Below the pieces are notes generated by a model that was not told the DNA's origin, ran no database searches, and worked only from the letters and a program-made list of their open reading frames with translations. Source: Octopus bimaculoides (lineage: Eukaryota). Taken from it: a stretch of 55,193 bases of DNA. The position numbers were made by a program, and so were the translations under genes. Where the stretch lies: the NCBI RefSeq assembly GCF_001194135.2, contig NC_068996.1:29139101-29194293 (forward strand), in the 5' to 3' direction. Shown here piece after piece: positions 10,862 to 24,268 of this stretch. Numbering within the stretch: the stretch's first letter is position 1; the number at the start of each line of letters is the position of its first letter.

Positions 10862-13800
10862 GTAAGTGTTAGAATTTTTGTAACTTTTGTTGTTGCTTTG
10901 CTGTCGAATTAGCCCAGATTAAAGAACCTATAGTCAAATGTATTGAGACATAATGTGCTAGAAGTACCTTATCATTTGTATACTTTGTTTGCATTATTGT
11001 TTAATTCCAGGGTAAGCCTTGTTTAGCACTCTTATGATCAAAGGTATCAAAGCGTATAGTCTAGTGGATAAGGTATTAAGGTTTATAATTATTAAGTCAT
11101 GGGTTAAATTCTCAGATTGAATGGCACATTGTGTTCTTGAATAAAGCACTTTATTTCATGTTGCTCTGGTACATGCAGTTGAAAATAAGTTCCAGTGGGC
11201 ACTTTGGAGTGGATGGATTAGGGATTAACACTGATAAAATGGTGTTGAGTTCAGGACGTATACCAGTCCATCACAGAGTTAACCCTTCAGCCTAAACATC
11301 TTGAAAAGCTCCTGTTTTATGAATTTATAGGCTTGATGTAGAATTACCATCAAATATGTTCCAACTGTGACAATCCTGTTTTTTCTTTTTTTTTTTCATT
11401 CAAACATAATGTACCTTAAACTACATTATCCACTGTGCTCTTAGTTGGTGTTGTTGTAACCATTGCCTAACCCCAGGTAAACTCTTATCCAGCAGACCTA
11501 GAATCAAAGTTATTCTAGCTGTGACTGATCCCTCTTTTCTTCAATCATAGTATATCCATAGAACTACAATATCCACTGCATTTCATCTTGATATTGTAGT
11601 TATTGATCATCTCCAGATAATCACTGATCCAGCAGACAAAGACATTCCACCTGCCAAGACCATCCTATTCTTTTTATTTGAAGTTATTATGTCTTTGATT
11701 GCATTATTTCAACATCCTCATCTAGCAAAATTATTATCAAAGCTTTCCAACTGTGACCATCTTGTTTTTATACCAGTAGGGTATGATTTGAAGAAAATTT
11801 AGCTGCTATTTTCATTGAGAAAGATTCTATATAGCCATTTGTCTAGTATCCTTATTGCTAGATTATGCTTGTTAGTAAGTTATCAAAACTATCATGTCAC
11901 CCTGTAAGTAATATTTATCAATATATGTTTTCTTTCATATATTTCCCATGGACTATGAGATAAAGATTTTAGGCCACTGCCACAGAGTTAAAAAATCCAA
12001 TCTTGCAATATCCACTGCTTTGTGTTATTTGTTTGATAAGCCACTTGTAACTATGTTTATTCTTGAGTCTGCTTGACATCATTTCTAAATAGCTAGTGAT
12101 AGAAATAGCATGCAGCTGTCAAAAAACAAACTCTGCAGTAGCATTGATAGAAATAGTAAAACATTTTGATTTTATTTTTTATGGCTTATTTAAAAGGAAG
12201 GAACACTGCTAATGGAAACTATAGGAGAAGTAAATATCTACTGTATCATTTCACAAATCTCAGAGGACTGCAAAATTGTATGAAAATTCTGGATGAGTAG
12301 GAAAATCTAAAGTATAGTGGGAAGTTCTTATGTGAGACACAATAAGAGTGATGTGAGTAAGAGAGATAGATGACTTAAGTCAGCAATTTGCTAGTTTAGA
12401 TGAGAAGGCAGGCAACAACTACTCTGAGTATGTGGATCAGAGGTTGAAGTATCATATTTGATGGTATAAAAGGTGCATGAGAATATTAGACACACTGCAA
12501 TTCCAGCAGTGCATATTCAGAAAAAAATATTAGTGTATTAAAGGATTAATGTAGGTCTAACTTAGTATTTAGGAGCTAGGGGGAATTTTTGAGACATTTT
12601 GGGGAGAAAAAGTGTATATGCCATTAAAAATTGTATATGCCATTAAAAATACAGTATGCTGAAGAGTGAATCTTTGTAAATCAATTGGATGGCCTGCTTC
12701 TGTGTGCAGCTTATGACAATTCTATGTGTGTAATATAAGTAGTGTCCCAAGTGTTGGGTAGTACTCCTTTCTGGGTTTTATTCAAGTGTTGTAGAGGGTC
12801 TGCAAATGTTGTAGTCTGCTGAAATATTTCTTGAATCAGAAGCCTTTAGAATATGGTAAAAAGGTATTTGTGAGTGTGTGACTGCATCACTTGTGTGGGT
12901 ACTGTGTGTTGGCTTGGGTCCTGGCTCCTAAAAGTTGGGCTTATATTACATGCTTTAATACTCTAGAAATTTTTTCCTGAATATGCACTGCTGAAATTAC
13001 AGTGTATATCTAATATGCCTATGCATATTTTATGCCATCAAATATGGTTCTTTAACCTCTGATCCACAAATGCACTGTTCACTACCTGCCTATTCAATTG
13101 CGATAAACAGAAAACCTCACAAAGAACAACATGGCATGAACCCAGTGGCAGGACTCATAACCAATTTGACTTCATCCTTGCACCTCAAAAGTTCAAGTCC
13201 AGCATTGACTAGGATTTTCTCTGATGCAAATATCAAGTGATCATAGTTTGGTCCTAATGACAATGAGGTTCAAACTGAAAATAATTCATAAGAAAAGAGC
13301 TACACATATTCAATTTGACATAGACAAGCTGAAAGATCTCAGGGTTGTGGCAGTGTTTGAGGTGACAATGGGTGGCAGATTTGCAGCCCTTTTCTTTCTG
13401 GAAGATGATATAGACTCCCTAACTGACAACATCAAGGAAGCACTTCAGGAAATGGCTGTATAATGTTATGGAGAAGGGGAAAGGAAAAAAAAACACACAC
13501 TGATAACATCTTGGTGCTACATGATTTAAAATGGAACCTGAGGAAGTTCAAGCTAATGGGTTAGGAGGTAAGTCAGCAATGCAACACCATGAATAGGAGA
13601 ATTAGAAAGAAAACGAGGGAAGCCAAAGAGGAATGGATAGTAGACCAGAAGCTGGAGTTAAAGAAGGGCAGCAGCGAGGTTGCTTATGAAACCCTCAAGA
13701 TTATAGCAAAAACAAGGAAACACCACAACTATCATTTTTCAAATATGTCTACAATTTTTTTAGGTAAATGTGTGTAATGCAGTATCTGTCTGTAATTGTG

Positions 13801-16800
13801 GTTATTGTTGGATTGTGAAAATTTTGATTTCATTTCTTGGTGGAACTCATTCAGAAGTTTGGAAAAGTGATTTTGCTTTCATTTTTTATTTCTTTTTTTT
13901 TTTGGTGTCTAGGTGTGTTGTGATGATAATTGATAAGTAGTGCCAGGAAAATGTGGAGAATTGTGGTACTTAAGGTGTGTGGAGCAGAAATTAATGTCTA
14001 GGGAAAAATTCCTGTAGTAGTTAACTAGGTGGAGTATGTGTGTGTGTGTTGATGTGGTTTGTTTAAAATGTGCAAAGTTTAGCTGTGAAGAAATTTTGTT
14101 TTCTCATTTGTTATCTGTGCAATTATAGGGAAGTCTGTCTGTCTGTCTGTATATATGTGTGTATGGGGGGGGCATGTGTGCGCATGTGCACATGCATACG
14201 TTTTATGTTTGGATATATGTTTTATGCTTGTATGTACACATACATGTATGAGAGGTCAATTGAAAAAGCAATGTTTGTCATTAATACTTTTGGAAGAAAC
14301 AAAGGGAGGTATTTAAAAAAAAAAAACATGCACATTTCATGCAGAAGTTTAGTGAGTTGCATGAAAATGCACAGCCAGTATAGTGAATGGGGGCATCTTT
14401 ATCTACAAAATCTGTGGATGTGTATGCTTATCAATAATTGGGCTCATTAGTTACCAAGTGGAGCAACAAGTGTAAAGTATAAATTTGTTTGAATGCACAA
14501 TGCTCTTAATGGTCAGTGATGGTCTTCCTTGATCCAAGAGTGGACAACTATCATGTATGTATGTATGTGTGTATGTGTGTGCGAGTGTGTGTGTGTGTAT
14601 CATTATTCAGTTTTATTTCAAGATTTTTTGCCAATAAAGAAAGAGCTGGTTTCTAACCTAGATCCAAAGCACCCTCATTGGAATTTCAACATGAACAACA
14701 AGGTATTTTTGTTTGTATGTATGTACGTACATACGTACGTATGTATGTATGTATGTATATATGTATGTATGTATGCACGTATGTATGTACGTATGTATGT
14801 ATGTATGCATGTATATGTGCAGATATGCATGTTTTGTTTTATATATGTATTCTCATACTTATAGTTGCATATATAGACATGCTCATATATATTTAAATGA
14901 TAAACTTCTGGAAAGTTTTACAAAATTTTACATTTCCAGTGATAGCTTGAATCTGTAGTCTTCAAATCAGCTCTCTCCTTTCTGGTTTTGAGAAGCCTAA
15001 TTTCTCAAGATTGGTATTTAAGAGGTGTGTTACATATCTCAGTGTTCCAATAATTACAGGTTTAAACCTGAACTTGTAATCTGGATAGAGTAAATGCAGA
15101 TTTCTCAAAAGTTCAGCCTAGGTATTCTCTTTTTCACTGATCTTCAGCTTTATGTTAACATCTGTTGGGCAGCTAATTTCCTCAACTGTACACAGTTTCT
15201 CTTCTATCCCAAATCATTATATCAGCTGTGTTGTGTTTACATTTTATTGAGGTTTTCACTGGTACATTCCACTAGTATTCCTTTTTATTATGAGTGGCTT
15301 CTACCATACTGTGGGTCCTTATTTCTTCATCCTCAGGGTTATCCTTCTGACAGATTTCATTATAGAGTGTCCTAGCTACAGCATCATGTCTTATTGGTAG
15401 ATAGTAACATGATGACATCTTTGGACAACTGCTTATGACATGGGTGTTATCTTCAGTGTTAACTCCACAAAATCTGCATTAGTTGTCACATTTTATTGCT
15501 TTTCCTGCATCTCTATCCCTTTTGTGCATCAAATATTTGGTTGACATTTTCTGTTCCTGGATTGCAAACACATAACCTTCAAAGTAGGAAGTAGTAATCT
15601 GACTATTGGTCCATGGTAGACTGCTTTGATGATAATGTTACTATCATCTTGGAGCTTTCTACTAACATATCCATGCATAGTTTTCTGGTCATATATGCTC
15701 ATCCTTTCATCTGATGATATATTGTGGCAGAGTTGTGCGACTTCTTTGGGCATGTATTCTAGGTTATCAGACAAGGAATGTTGCTCAAGGAACTGCCTTC
15801 CAAGTCTTATTATGTTATCAGCATCATGTATGCAAACCTGGTCAAGGGATGCACTTTGACACTTGGTGGTTAAAAGATGTTGCCAAAGGGATATGATATG
15901 ACATTCATGTATGTATGTGTGTGTGTGTGTGTGTGTGCGCGTGTGCAGGTGCATGAACACATGCATGCATGCATGTATTTATTTATTTATTATATTAATG
16001 TTAAGGAAAAAGAAATTTCAGTTGTGGAAGCAAAACTTGGAATCAAAGTGCCTTAAAGTTAACTTAGAGAACAAAGTTATTGTAAGAGGAAGAAAGTAAT
16101 AAACCACTAATCCTTTTGAGGAAATACGCCTGTTCAATATGTAGAAAATGTGTAGGTAGAGATTCCATCCAGAGTACCCAGAGCAAATTATAAACATATT
16201 AGAGGTGCAGTGAATCTCAGAAAGGTTTATAGAGAAAATGGATTTTGTGAGTAGCAGATATGCAAGAACAATAAACACTAAGAATACATGAGAAATAGAT
16301 TTCCTTGAATGCCCAGGAGAATACTTGAATGCCCAGGAGAATAAGAATACACAAGAAATAGATTTCCTTGAATACCCAGGAGGGTCCTTTGAGGTAGTAG
16401 ATAATTTCTGAGATATAGTTGATCTAATTAGCAGTGGAGGAGGATGCTGAAAGTATAGCTGCTAGAATAAGAACTGTCTGGAAAACTTCAGAGAGCTTAT
16501 ACTTTTGTTGTAACAAAAGGTTACCTTCTTGGAGTGAAAGGTAGATTGAATGGTGCTTATGTACGAACATCTATGTTACATGGTGGTGAAACATGGGCTG
16601 TACATGCAGAGGACATGTGAAGGCTAGAAAGAAACGAAGCTAGAATGCTCTACTGGATGTGCAATGTCAGTGTACTTGTATGACAAAGAGCAAATAGAAA
16701 ATTGGGCAAAAGAGGCATCAGATGTAATGTGCAAGAGAGCAGATTGCAATGGTATGGATTTGTATGAATGAGGACAGCTGCATAAAGAAGTACCACTTGC

Positions 16801-18238
16801 TAAATGTAGATGGAACCTGTGAAAGATGGAGATTCAGTTACTTGTGAAATGAAATTGTGAAGAATGAACTGCAGCTGTTGAGCTTTGTGGTGGAGATGAC
16901 AAAAGACTGAGTATATTAGTGATTTCTGTCTTTGGGAAGATCCATCTATCTAAGCAAAAACAAGATCCTACTCAGTATCTTCCCTTGCTATTCTATTTCC
17001 CTCTGAATGCCCCGTTCACCCTCTCCCTTTACAACCTTCATTTTGCTAATAGTAGACCCATCCCATTACCTCTGTTCATCTCCCACTATTTCCATCCTTA
17101 TGTACTTCTGACTTCATTCCTGGCATAGTGCATTTCTCTTGCCCCAATCCCGCACATCAGCCTGAACTACTCCTGCATCTGTTACCTTTCTCCCCAATTA
17201 ATGTTCATGATTGACCATACTCCTTCCCATGTTCATCACTTGGTGCATTACTTCCTATCCAGCTACCACTCCTCATACTAATGTAATTACTTACCCGCTC
17301 ACTCTGTCCAATCCTCTGCATTTCTTCTTTTACCTATACCTTCCAGTATCTTGAAGGTGTTCTGTGATACATCCTCACCACTATCTCTCTCTCCCAACTG
17401 GGATAACCATGTGTCTTTCCTACAGCAAATACCTGTTCATCATACTTTAACCTCTAATCACCTGGCATAAAGCCACTTCCCTCAGTACTACTCTCCACCT
17501 TAATTGAGGAGTCTTGTGAGTTACTTGCAGACCTAACCATTGCTGGTTCTAAATAAAAAAGAGGATTCAGGACATTCTGTAAACTGGTTGATGTTAGGAA
17601 GAGCATCCAGCTTTAGAAATCATGCTGAAACAGACACTGGAGTTTAGCACAGTTTGCCAGCTTACCAGTTCCTGTTGAACTGTCCAACTCATGCTAGTAT
17701 GGAAAAAAAGATATTAAATGGTGATGATAATGATAATGATGATGACAACAACAACGACAATGATGATGATGATGAAGATTATGATGATGGTGTACTTTAT
17801 GCTTCTGTTGTAACATAAGTTTTTAGTTTATAAATGTCATTTATGACTTTTGTATATTAAAATACAAATTATTATTTATGTTACAAGGCTACTCCCATTG
17901 AGGAAGGATCTGCCTTGTCTGATTTGTATATATTTTAGAATGTAAATATTTCTGTGTTTCCTGAATTTTTGCTCCATAAATGATGTAAATGATATTTTTT
18001 TTCAGTTCCATAAAAGTATCTTTTATATCATTAGTGTTCTATTGCAGAATTTTAGTTATTTTTATCATATTTTCAAAGTATTTTTGTGAGTGAAGCATCT
18101 ATTTTTAATGAAGCTGTATATTTTCTTGGTAGTTTATAAATGTTTTTTTTTTTTGGTAATGTAAGTCATTCCTGTTTATACATATACAAAACATGGATAC
18201 ACACATACATGCTTACATACAATACATACATACATACA

Positions 18239-18269
<31 letters not shown>

Positions 18270-19165
18270 GAAAGGATAACTCTGAGGAAAAAGAAATAAG
18301 AATCTACAGTATGGTGGAAGCCATAACCACTCCTAATAAAAAGGAATACTGGTTGAATGTACTGGTGAAAACTCAATAAAATGTAAACACAACAGTCCTG
18401 ATCTAAGGATTTGGGATAGAGAGGAGAAACAGTGCGCAGTTGTGGAAATTAGCTGCCCAGCAGATGTTTGCCTAAATACCAATCTTGAGAAAAGGAGAAA
18501 GCTGATTTGAAGACTTTGTAGTCTTCAAATCAGCTTTCTCCTTTCTGGTTTCAGGACTGTTGTGTTTACATTTTATTGGTTTTTCACTGGTACATTCAAG
18601 CCATCACTGGAACTGTAAAAATCTTTAAAACCTTCCAGAAGTTTATCATTTAAATATATATGAGTATGTCTAGCTATGCAACTATATGCATGAGAATACA
18701 TACATAAAACAAAACATGCAAATCTGCACATATACATACATACAAAAACATCCTGTTGATGTTGTTGAAATTCCAATGAAGGAGCCCTGAATCTAGGTTA
18801 GAAAGTAACTCTTTCTCTATTTGTTCCAGTAACAGCAGACTTTTTGACCACAGTCTAGTTCCCTACTGGGTGATGCAGTCCTTGTCCCGAGTGATGACCA
18901 ATCTGGTATAAGTTTTGGCTTGTTATTAAAGTATTGATGGTGACAATAAGAGATGGGTCTGTTTGTTGAAGTTCAAATTTTTGACATGACATCCTTTCCT
19001 TGTTCTTCGAATGGATATATTTATCATATTGCAGGCTGATAGATCGAAAATTGCCTCTATTTGTTCTGGTAGCTATGTTTCTGGGCATAACTGCTCAGTG
19101 ATGTTTTAAACTGAGTGACTAATTTGCTCCTTTTTATATTCGTTTGTGGGAAGTCATCATCATCG

Positions 19166-19196
<31 letters not shown>

Positions 19197-19925
19197 TATT
19201 ATTATTATATTATTGTTAATATTATTATCATTTCTAATATTATGGGTATCTTTATTTCTATTATTCTTAATAGTAGTAGTAGTAGTATTGTTATTATTTT
19301 CTTCTCATTATTATTATAGTTGCAGTGATTGTTTCTATTGTTTTTACAACCATCCTTCCTTTTCTCTTTGTTATTTTCTTTATTTTATCACTAAATATTT
19401 AAAATTCTACACCAGAATTACAATTAACTTGTCTATTGTAATTTGATACTGGAGATTGTAACAAGCGGGATCACTTGTTACTATCCACATCACCCTTTTT
19501 TCCTTCCAACTATTTATTTTCACTTTCTTCTTCTTCTTCTTCTTCTTCTTGTCCCCCTCCTTCTCTTTCTCTCATCTCCTTCCTCTTCTACTGCTTCTTC
19601 ATCCCCTAACCATACTTTTACTTACTTTGGCACTGACACTGTACTTGCCCTGTCAATCTTTTCACAGTCTATTTACATTTTCACATTTATTTGCTTTGTT
19701 TCTTCCCAATATAAGCAAAAACACAATGTCTGATAGATGCACAATGTAAGAACCCACCTTTGATGCAAGACTGAAGCAAAGTCACTCTAATGTTTAAAAC
19801 CACAAATATCATGTAAATTTTCACTTGGAACTTTTGTGTGAACTGGTGTTGAAAGGAAAGTTGGTACAGAAACAGTTGTAACTGATCATTAAAGATGTTG
19901 AAGTCGTTCTTTATCTTCTTATTTG

Positions 19926-19966
<41 letters not shown>

Positions 19967-22900
19967 TAATTTTCTTTCGAAACACATAGACAGCGTAGAA
20001 GTGCTCAAGTTGAACCTGAGGCATAGATAAGTATAATGGATACAATAGAAAAAGTTCAAATCAGGCAAAATACAGTTAACACATATCTAAATGGGTTTAA
20101 TTAAGATAAAAGTAAGAATTGTCCAAGCTGAAACATATATTGATATATTAGAGATATAAAAATATAGAAATATATGAATAGTAAAAATATACATGGACAC
20201 ATAAATATATGGGTATACAAACATAATAATAATGAAATATAGATAAAAATAATAATGGAATATCGATAAAAAACGTTTTTTTTTTAAATTAAAGTATGGT
20301 GTAGAGAAAATAATAGGCATTAAAAAGAGTTTTGGGTTGCATGTTAGAAAAAAATAAAGTATTCCAATGATTGTTTCTGGAGTTCATTCGTTCAAAATAG
20401 CAAATGAATCTTAAGATTCATTTTCAGAGAATGTCTCCTTCATCAGGGAAAAATGATGTTTACGCTGGATATGCATTCAGTTCTTTACCAAGGTATGAGA
20501 TAATTGGATGCTTTTATAGAAGAGTGGATATAGCTATGCAAATAATGGAAGTCTTTATGAGGACTGATGGGAGTAAAATTAGATTGCTTACTGTCTTTCT
20601 TAAAATTTATATTTGTATTGGCGATATATTGCTATAAGTGCTAGGATGTTCAGTTGTGCAACAGAAATTACTAGGGCTATTGCTAAGTGGATTCAGATTT
20701 AAATCATCTCAAGAAAGTTGAGTAGCATCTATGGTTGCATGAATGAATAGCGTCAGAAAGTTTATTTAAAACAGTGGAATTATACATGTGAAGGATTGTA
20801 TGATTCTTTTATGCACATTCAACATCTGCCCGTAATCGTATTATATGGTGGGGCCTCATCCATAATAGACCAAGATAATGTATAATTAATATTCTGTAAT
20901 TTTAAGTCATGTATATATCTAGCTAGTGCCATTGAGATTTTATATTTTAACTTATTGAAAGAATTTACATGTGTTCTATATCGTCTCTTAAAGTCTATAG
21001 CACTTCCTACTCTAGCTTGATGTTTGTCATTTGCCACACTGCATTCATAGATTACATTTTTACGTAAACAGAAACCAGTGAGTGGACATAATTCAGGAGC
21101 CCTACAATTACAGGTTTTTGCATTCCTATCTATAATTTTTGTCTTATTAATATTATTTGGATTTATATGGGGTATCTTATGGAGTATCTCTTTTTAATAT
21201 CTATTATTTTCTGTATACCATATTTTAATTTTAAAAAAACGTTTTTATCTATGTTATATTATTATTTTTATCTATATTCCATTATTATTATGTTTATATA
21301 TCCATATATTTATATGTCCATGTATATTTTTACTATTCATATATTTTTATATTTTTATATTTCTATATATTTTAATATCTCTAATATACCAATATATGTT
21401 TCAGCTAGGACAATTCTTATTTTATCTTAATTAAACCCATATAGATACGTGTTAACCATAATTTGCCTGGTTTTAACTTTTTCTATTGTATCCATTATTT
21501 ATATATATATATATATATATATANNNNNNNNNNNNNNNNNNNNNNNNNNNNNNNNNNNNNNNNNNNNNNNNNNNNNNNNNNNNNNNNNNNNNNNNNNNNN
21601 NNNNNNNNNNNNNNNNNNNNNNNNNNNNNNNNNNNNNNNNNNNNNNNNNNNNNNNNNNNNNNNNNNNNNNNNNNNNNNNNNNNNNNNNNNNNNNNNNNNN
21701 NNNNNNNNNNNNNNNNNNNNNNNNNNNNNNNNNNNNNNNNNNNNNNNNNNNNNNNNNNNNNNNNNNNNNNNNNNNNNNNNNNNNNNNNNNNNNNNNNNNN
21801 NNNNNNNNNNNNNNNNNNNNNNNNNNNNNNNNNNNNNNNNNNNNNNNNNNNNNNNNNNNNNNNNNNNNNNNNNNNNNNNNNNNNNNNNNNNNNNNNNNNN
21901 NNNNNNNNNNNNNNNNNNNNNNNNNNNNNNNNNNNNNNNNNNNNNNNNNNNNNNNNNNNNNNNNNNNNNNNNNNNNNNNNNNNNNNNNNNNNNNNNNNNN
22001 NNNNNNNNNNNNNNNNNNNNNNNNNNNNNNNNNNNNNNNNNNNNNNNNNNNNNNNNNNNNNNNNNNNNNNNNNNNNNNNNNNNNNNNNNNNNNNATCACG
22101 CAACATAATAATACAACCCCCCATAGGCAACATATTCAACCTGGCAAAAACATCCATCTTTCACCATCTTTTTGAAATAGGATTATTTCCTTTCGATCAT
22201 TTCACCACACATATACCACCAAATCTAATTCTCATATTCTCAATTTAACAAGAACACTACCTACACAAACAGACTATGTCACCTCTTTCTATCCCTTTCC
22301 ACCGTCTATAAATAGGCTTGGCAGCATCCAAAAATATGATACTACTAACTACCTTTCCCACCCATCCCTCTCCTTTATCTCTGTCCTTCGTTTATCACTC
22401 ATACCCCCACCACCTATATACTATGCACACGCATTCTTTCCTACTCACTTGACCTTTTAACCTCATCCTCCTATTCTTCCTTCACTATATATGCTCTTCC
22501 CCTCTACCCTGTTAAGACCAACTGACCATAAATATATCGCTATCATCCTCCGCCTCTATATCTTCTCTATCTCCTTCCAAATTCTATCGTCTTGACTTGA
22601 CCTAATTACCACTAACTTTTCACTTGGCTTGGACATCCTTCAAGTAAACAAGCAAAAATCTATTGCAAGATGGAATATATATATACCTCTGCCACCTAAG
22701 CTATATCAACTTTCGTTCCAACATAAATTTCCGGATTATTCACACAAGGATTAATCTGCACGAATTTCTACACGGATATTTACCACGGGAATGAAACTAC
22801 TCTTCAAGTACTGTTCTCTCTTTTTTCAGCACATCACACTCTTTACCACTTCATACTAAAAATATCCGCCTATGGATATAATAATAGATAACTTTATTTT

Positions 22901-23012
22901 TTGTGTCTTCGATGAAGGGAAGTACTGGATCTTCCCAGAAACAGCTGTAAGACTATCCATAAAATTCTTCAACCTTACCTTTGCTCTCTTTATCCTTTTG
23001 TTTTTATATATT

Positions 23013-23085
<73 letters not shown>

Positions 23086-24220
23086 ACATATATACCTATA
23101 TATATGCAAGCAAACAGCAGAGCTTGAAGCTGTCTTCTGACTTGTCAGTTCCTGTTGAACTGTCCAACCCATGCCAGCATGGAAAATAGACTTTAAATGA
23201 TGATGATGATGATAATACATATATATATATATATTTTTTTTTTTTTTGTAGTATTACATGGGATACTCCAGTAAAAGAATACATCAAAGATTTTGAGTTT
23301 ACTGATGAAGAAAGAACAGACCATATGACCCTAAAAGATATGCTGAGTCATCGTACAGGAATGCCAGGTTATTTCCAACCATTATTATATGGATTTCCCA
23401 AGAATGTTACCCGAGCCCAGTTCAGTCGGTAAAAATTCTTTCCAAAAAACAAAAAAATATTTTGTTGTGTAGTTATATTGATGTCAAATTTAGTTATAAC
23501 GAAGCTTAAGAAATATTGCTTTACAGTCATGAGGATCAGGAGTCATTCCTACTGCATAGTATCTTCTACTTTGTCTCCTAACTAAGGTAGAAGCCAAAAG
23601 TTAACTCAAGGATTGCAAGTCAAATATAACATGGAAACTATGTGGAAGCTTGTCAGATGTCGGACATGTATAGAATTGCCATTTTGCTTATGTTTGTGAA
23701 GTTTAAATATCAAAAAACAATTTATGGTTGCTAATTTGAGATGGAATAAAATGTAGTCTCAGTGTTAGCTATGGTTATGATGCAGGTGTAGATGTGGCTA
23801 TGATGTAGGTACAAGAGTGCTTGTATGGTAAAAAGTTACAATATGGTTTTGGGTTAAGTCCCACAGTGTGGCACCTTGGGTAAGTGTCTTCTACTATAGC
23901 CCTGGGCCAACGAACCACAGCTTTGTGAGTGGATTTGGAAGATGGAAACTGAAAGAAGCCTGTCATACATGTGTGTGTGTTTGTATGCTACTGTTTCCTT
24001 GCCTTGATATCATGTGACAGGTGACAGTGTCATTGATATACAAGCAGTATCATTTGTTTCCAATCCTCTGTAAAAATATGTTTAGATAAGGAGAGATATA
24101 TAACCTTATTTGGAAATAGGTAAAGGTTGGTGAGAGGAAGGGCATCAGGCCATAGAAAAATCTGCTTCAACAAGTTGTTTGTCCCTTGTAAGCATGGAAA
24201 AATGGATGTTAAAATGATGA

Positions 24221-24268
<48 letters not shown>

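Noticed and set aside
21449-22248. Long ORFs spanning N runs (also 4409-5010, 48053-49306, 53345-54079)
   Set aside because: Artefacts of untranslatable gaps.
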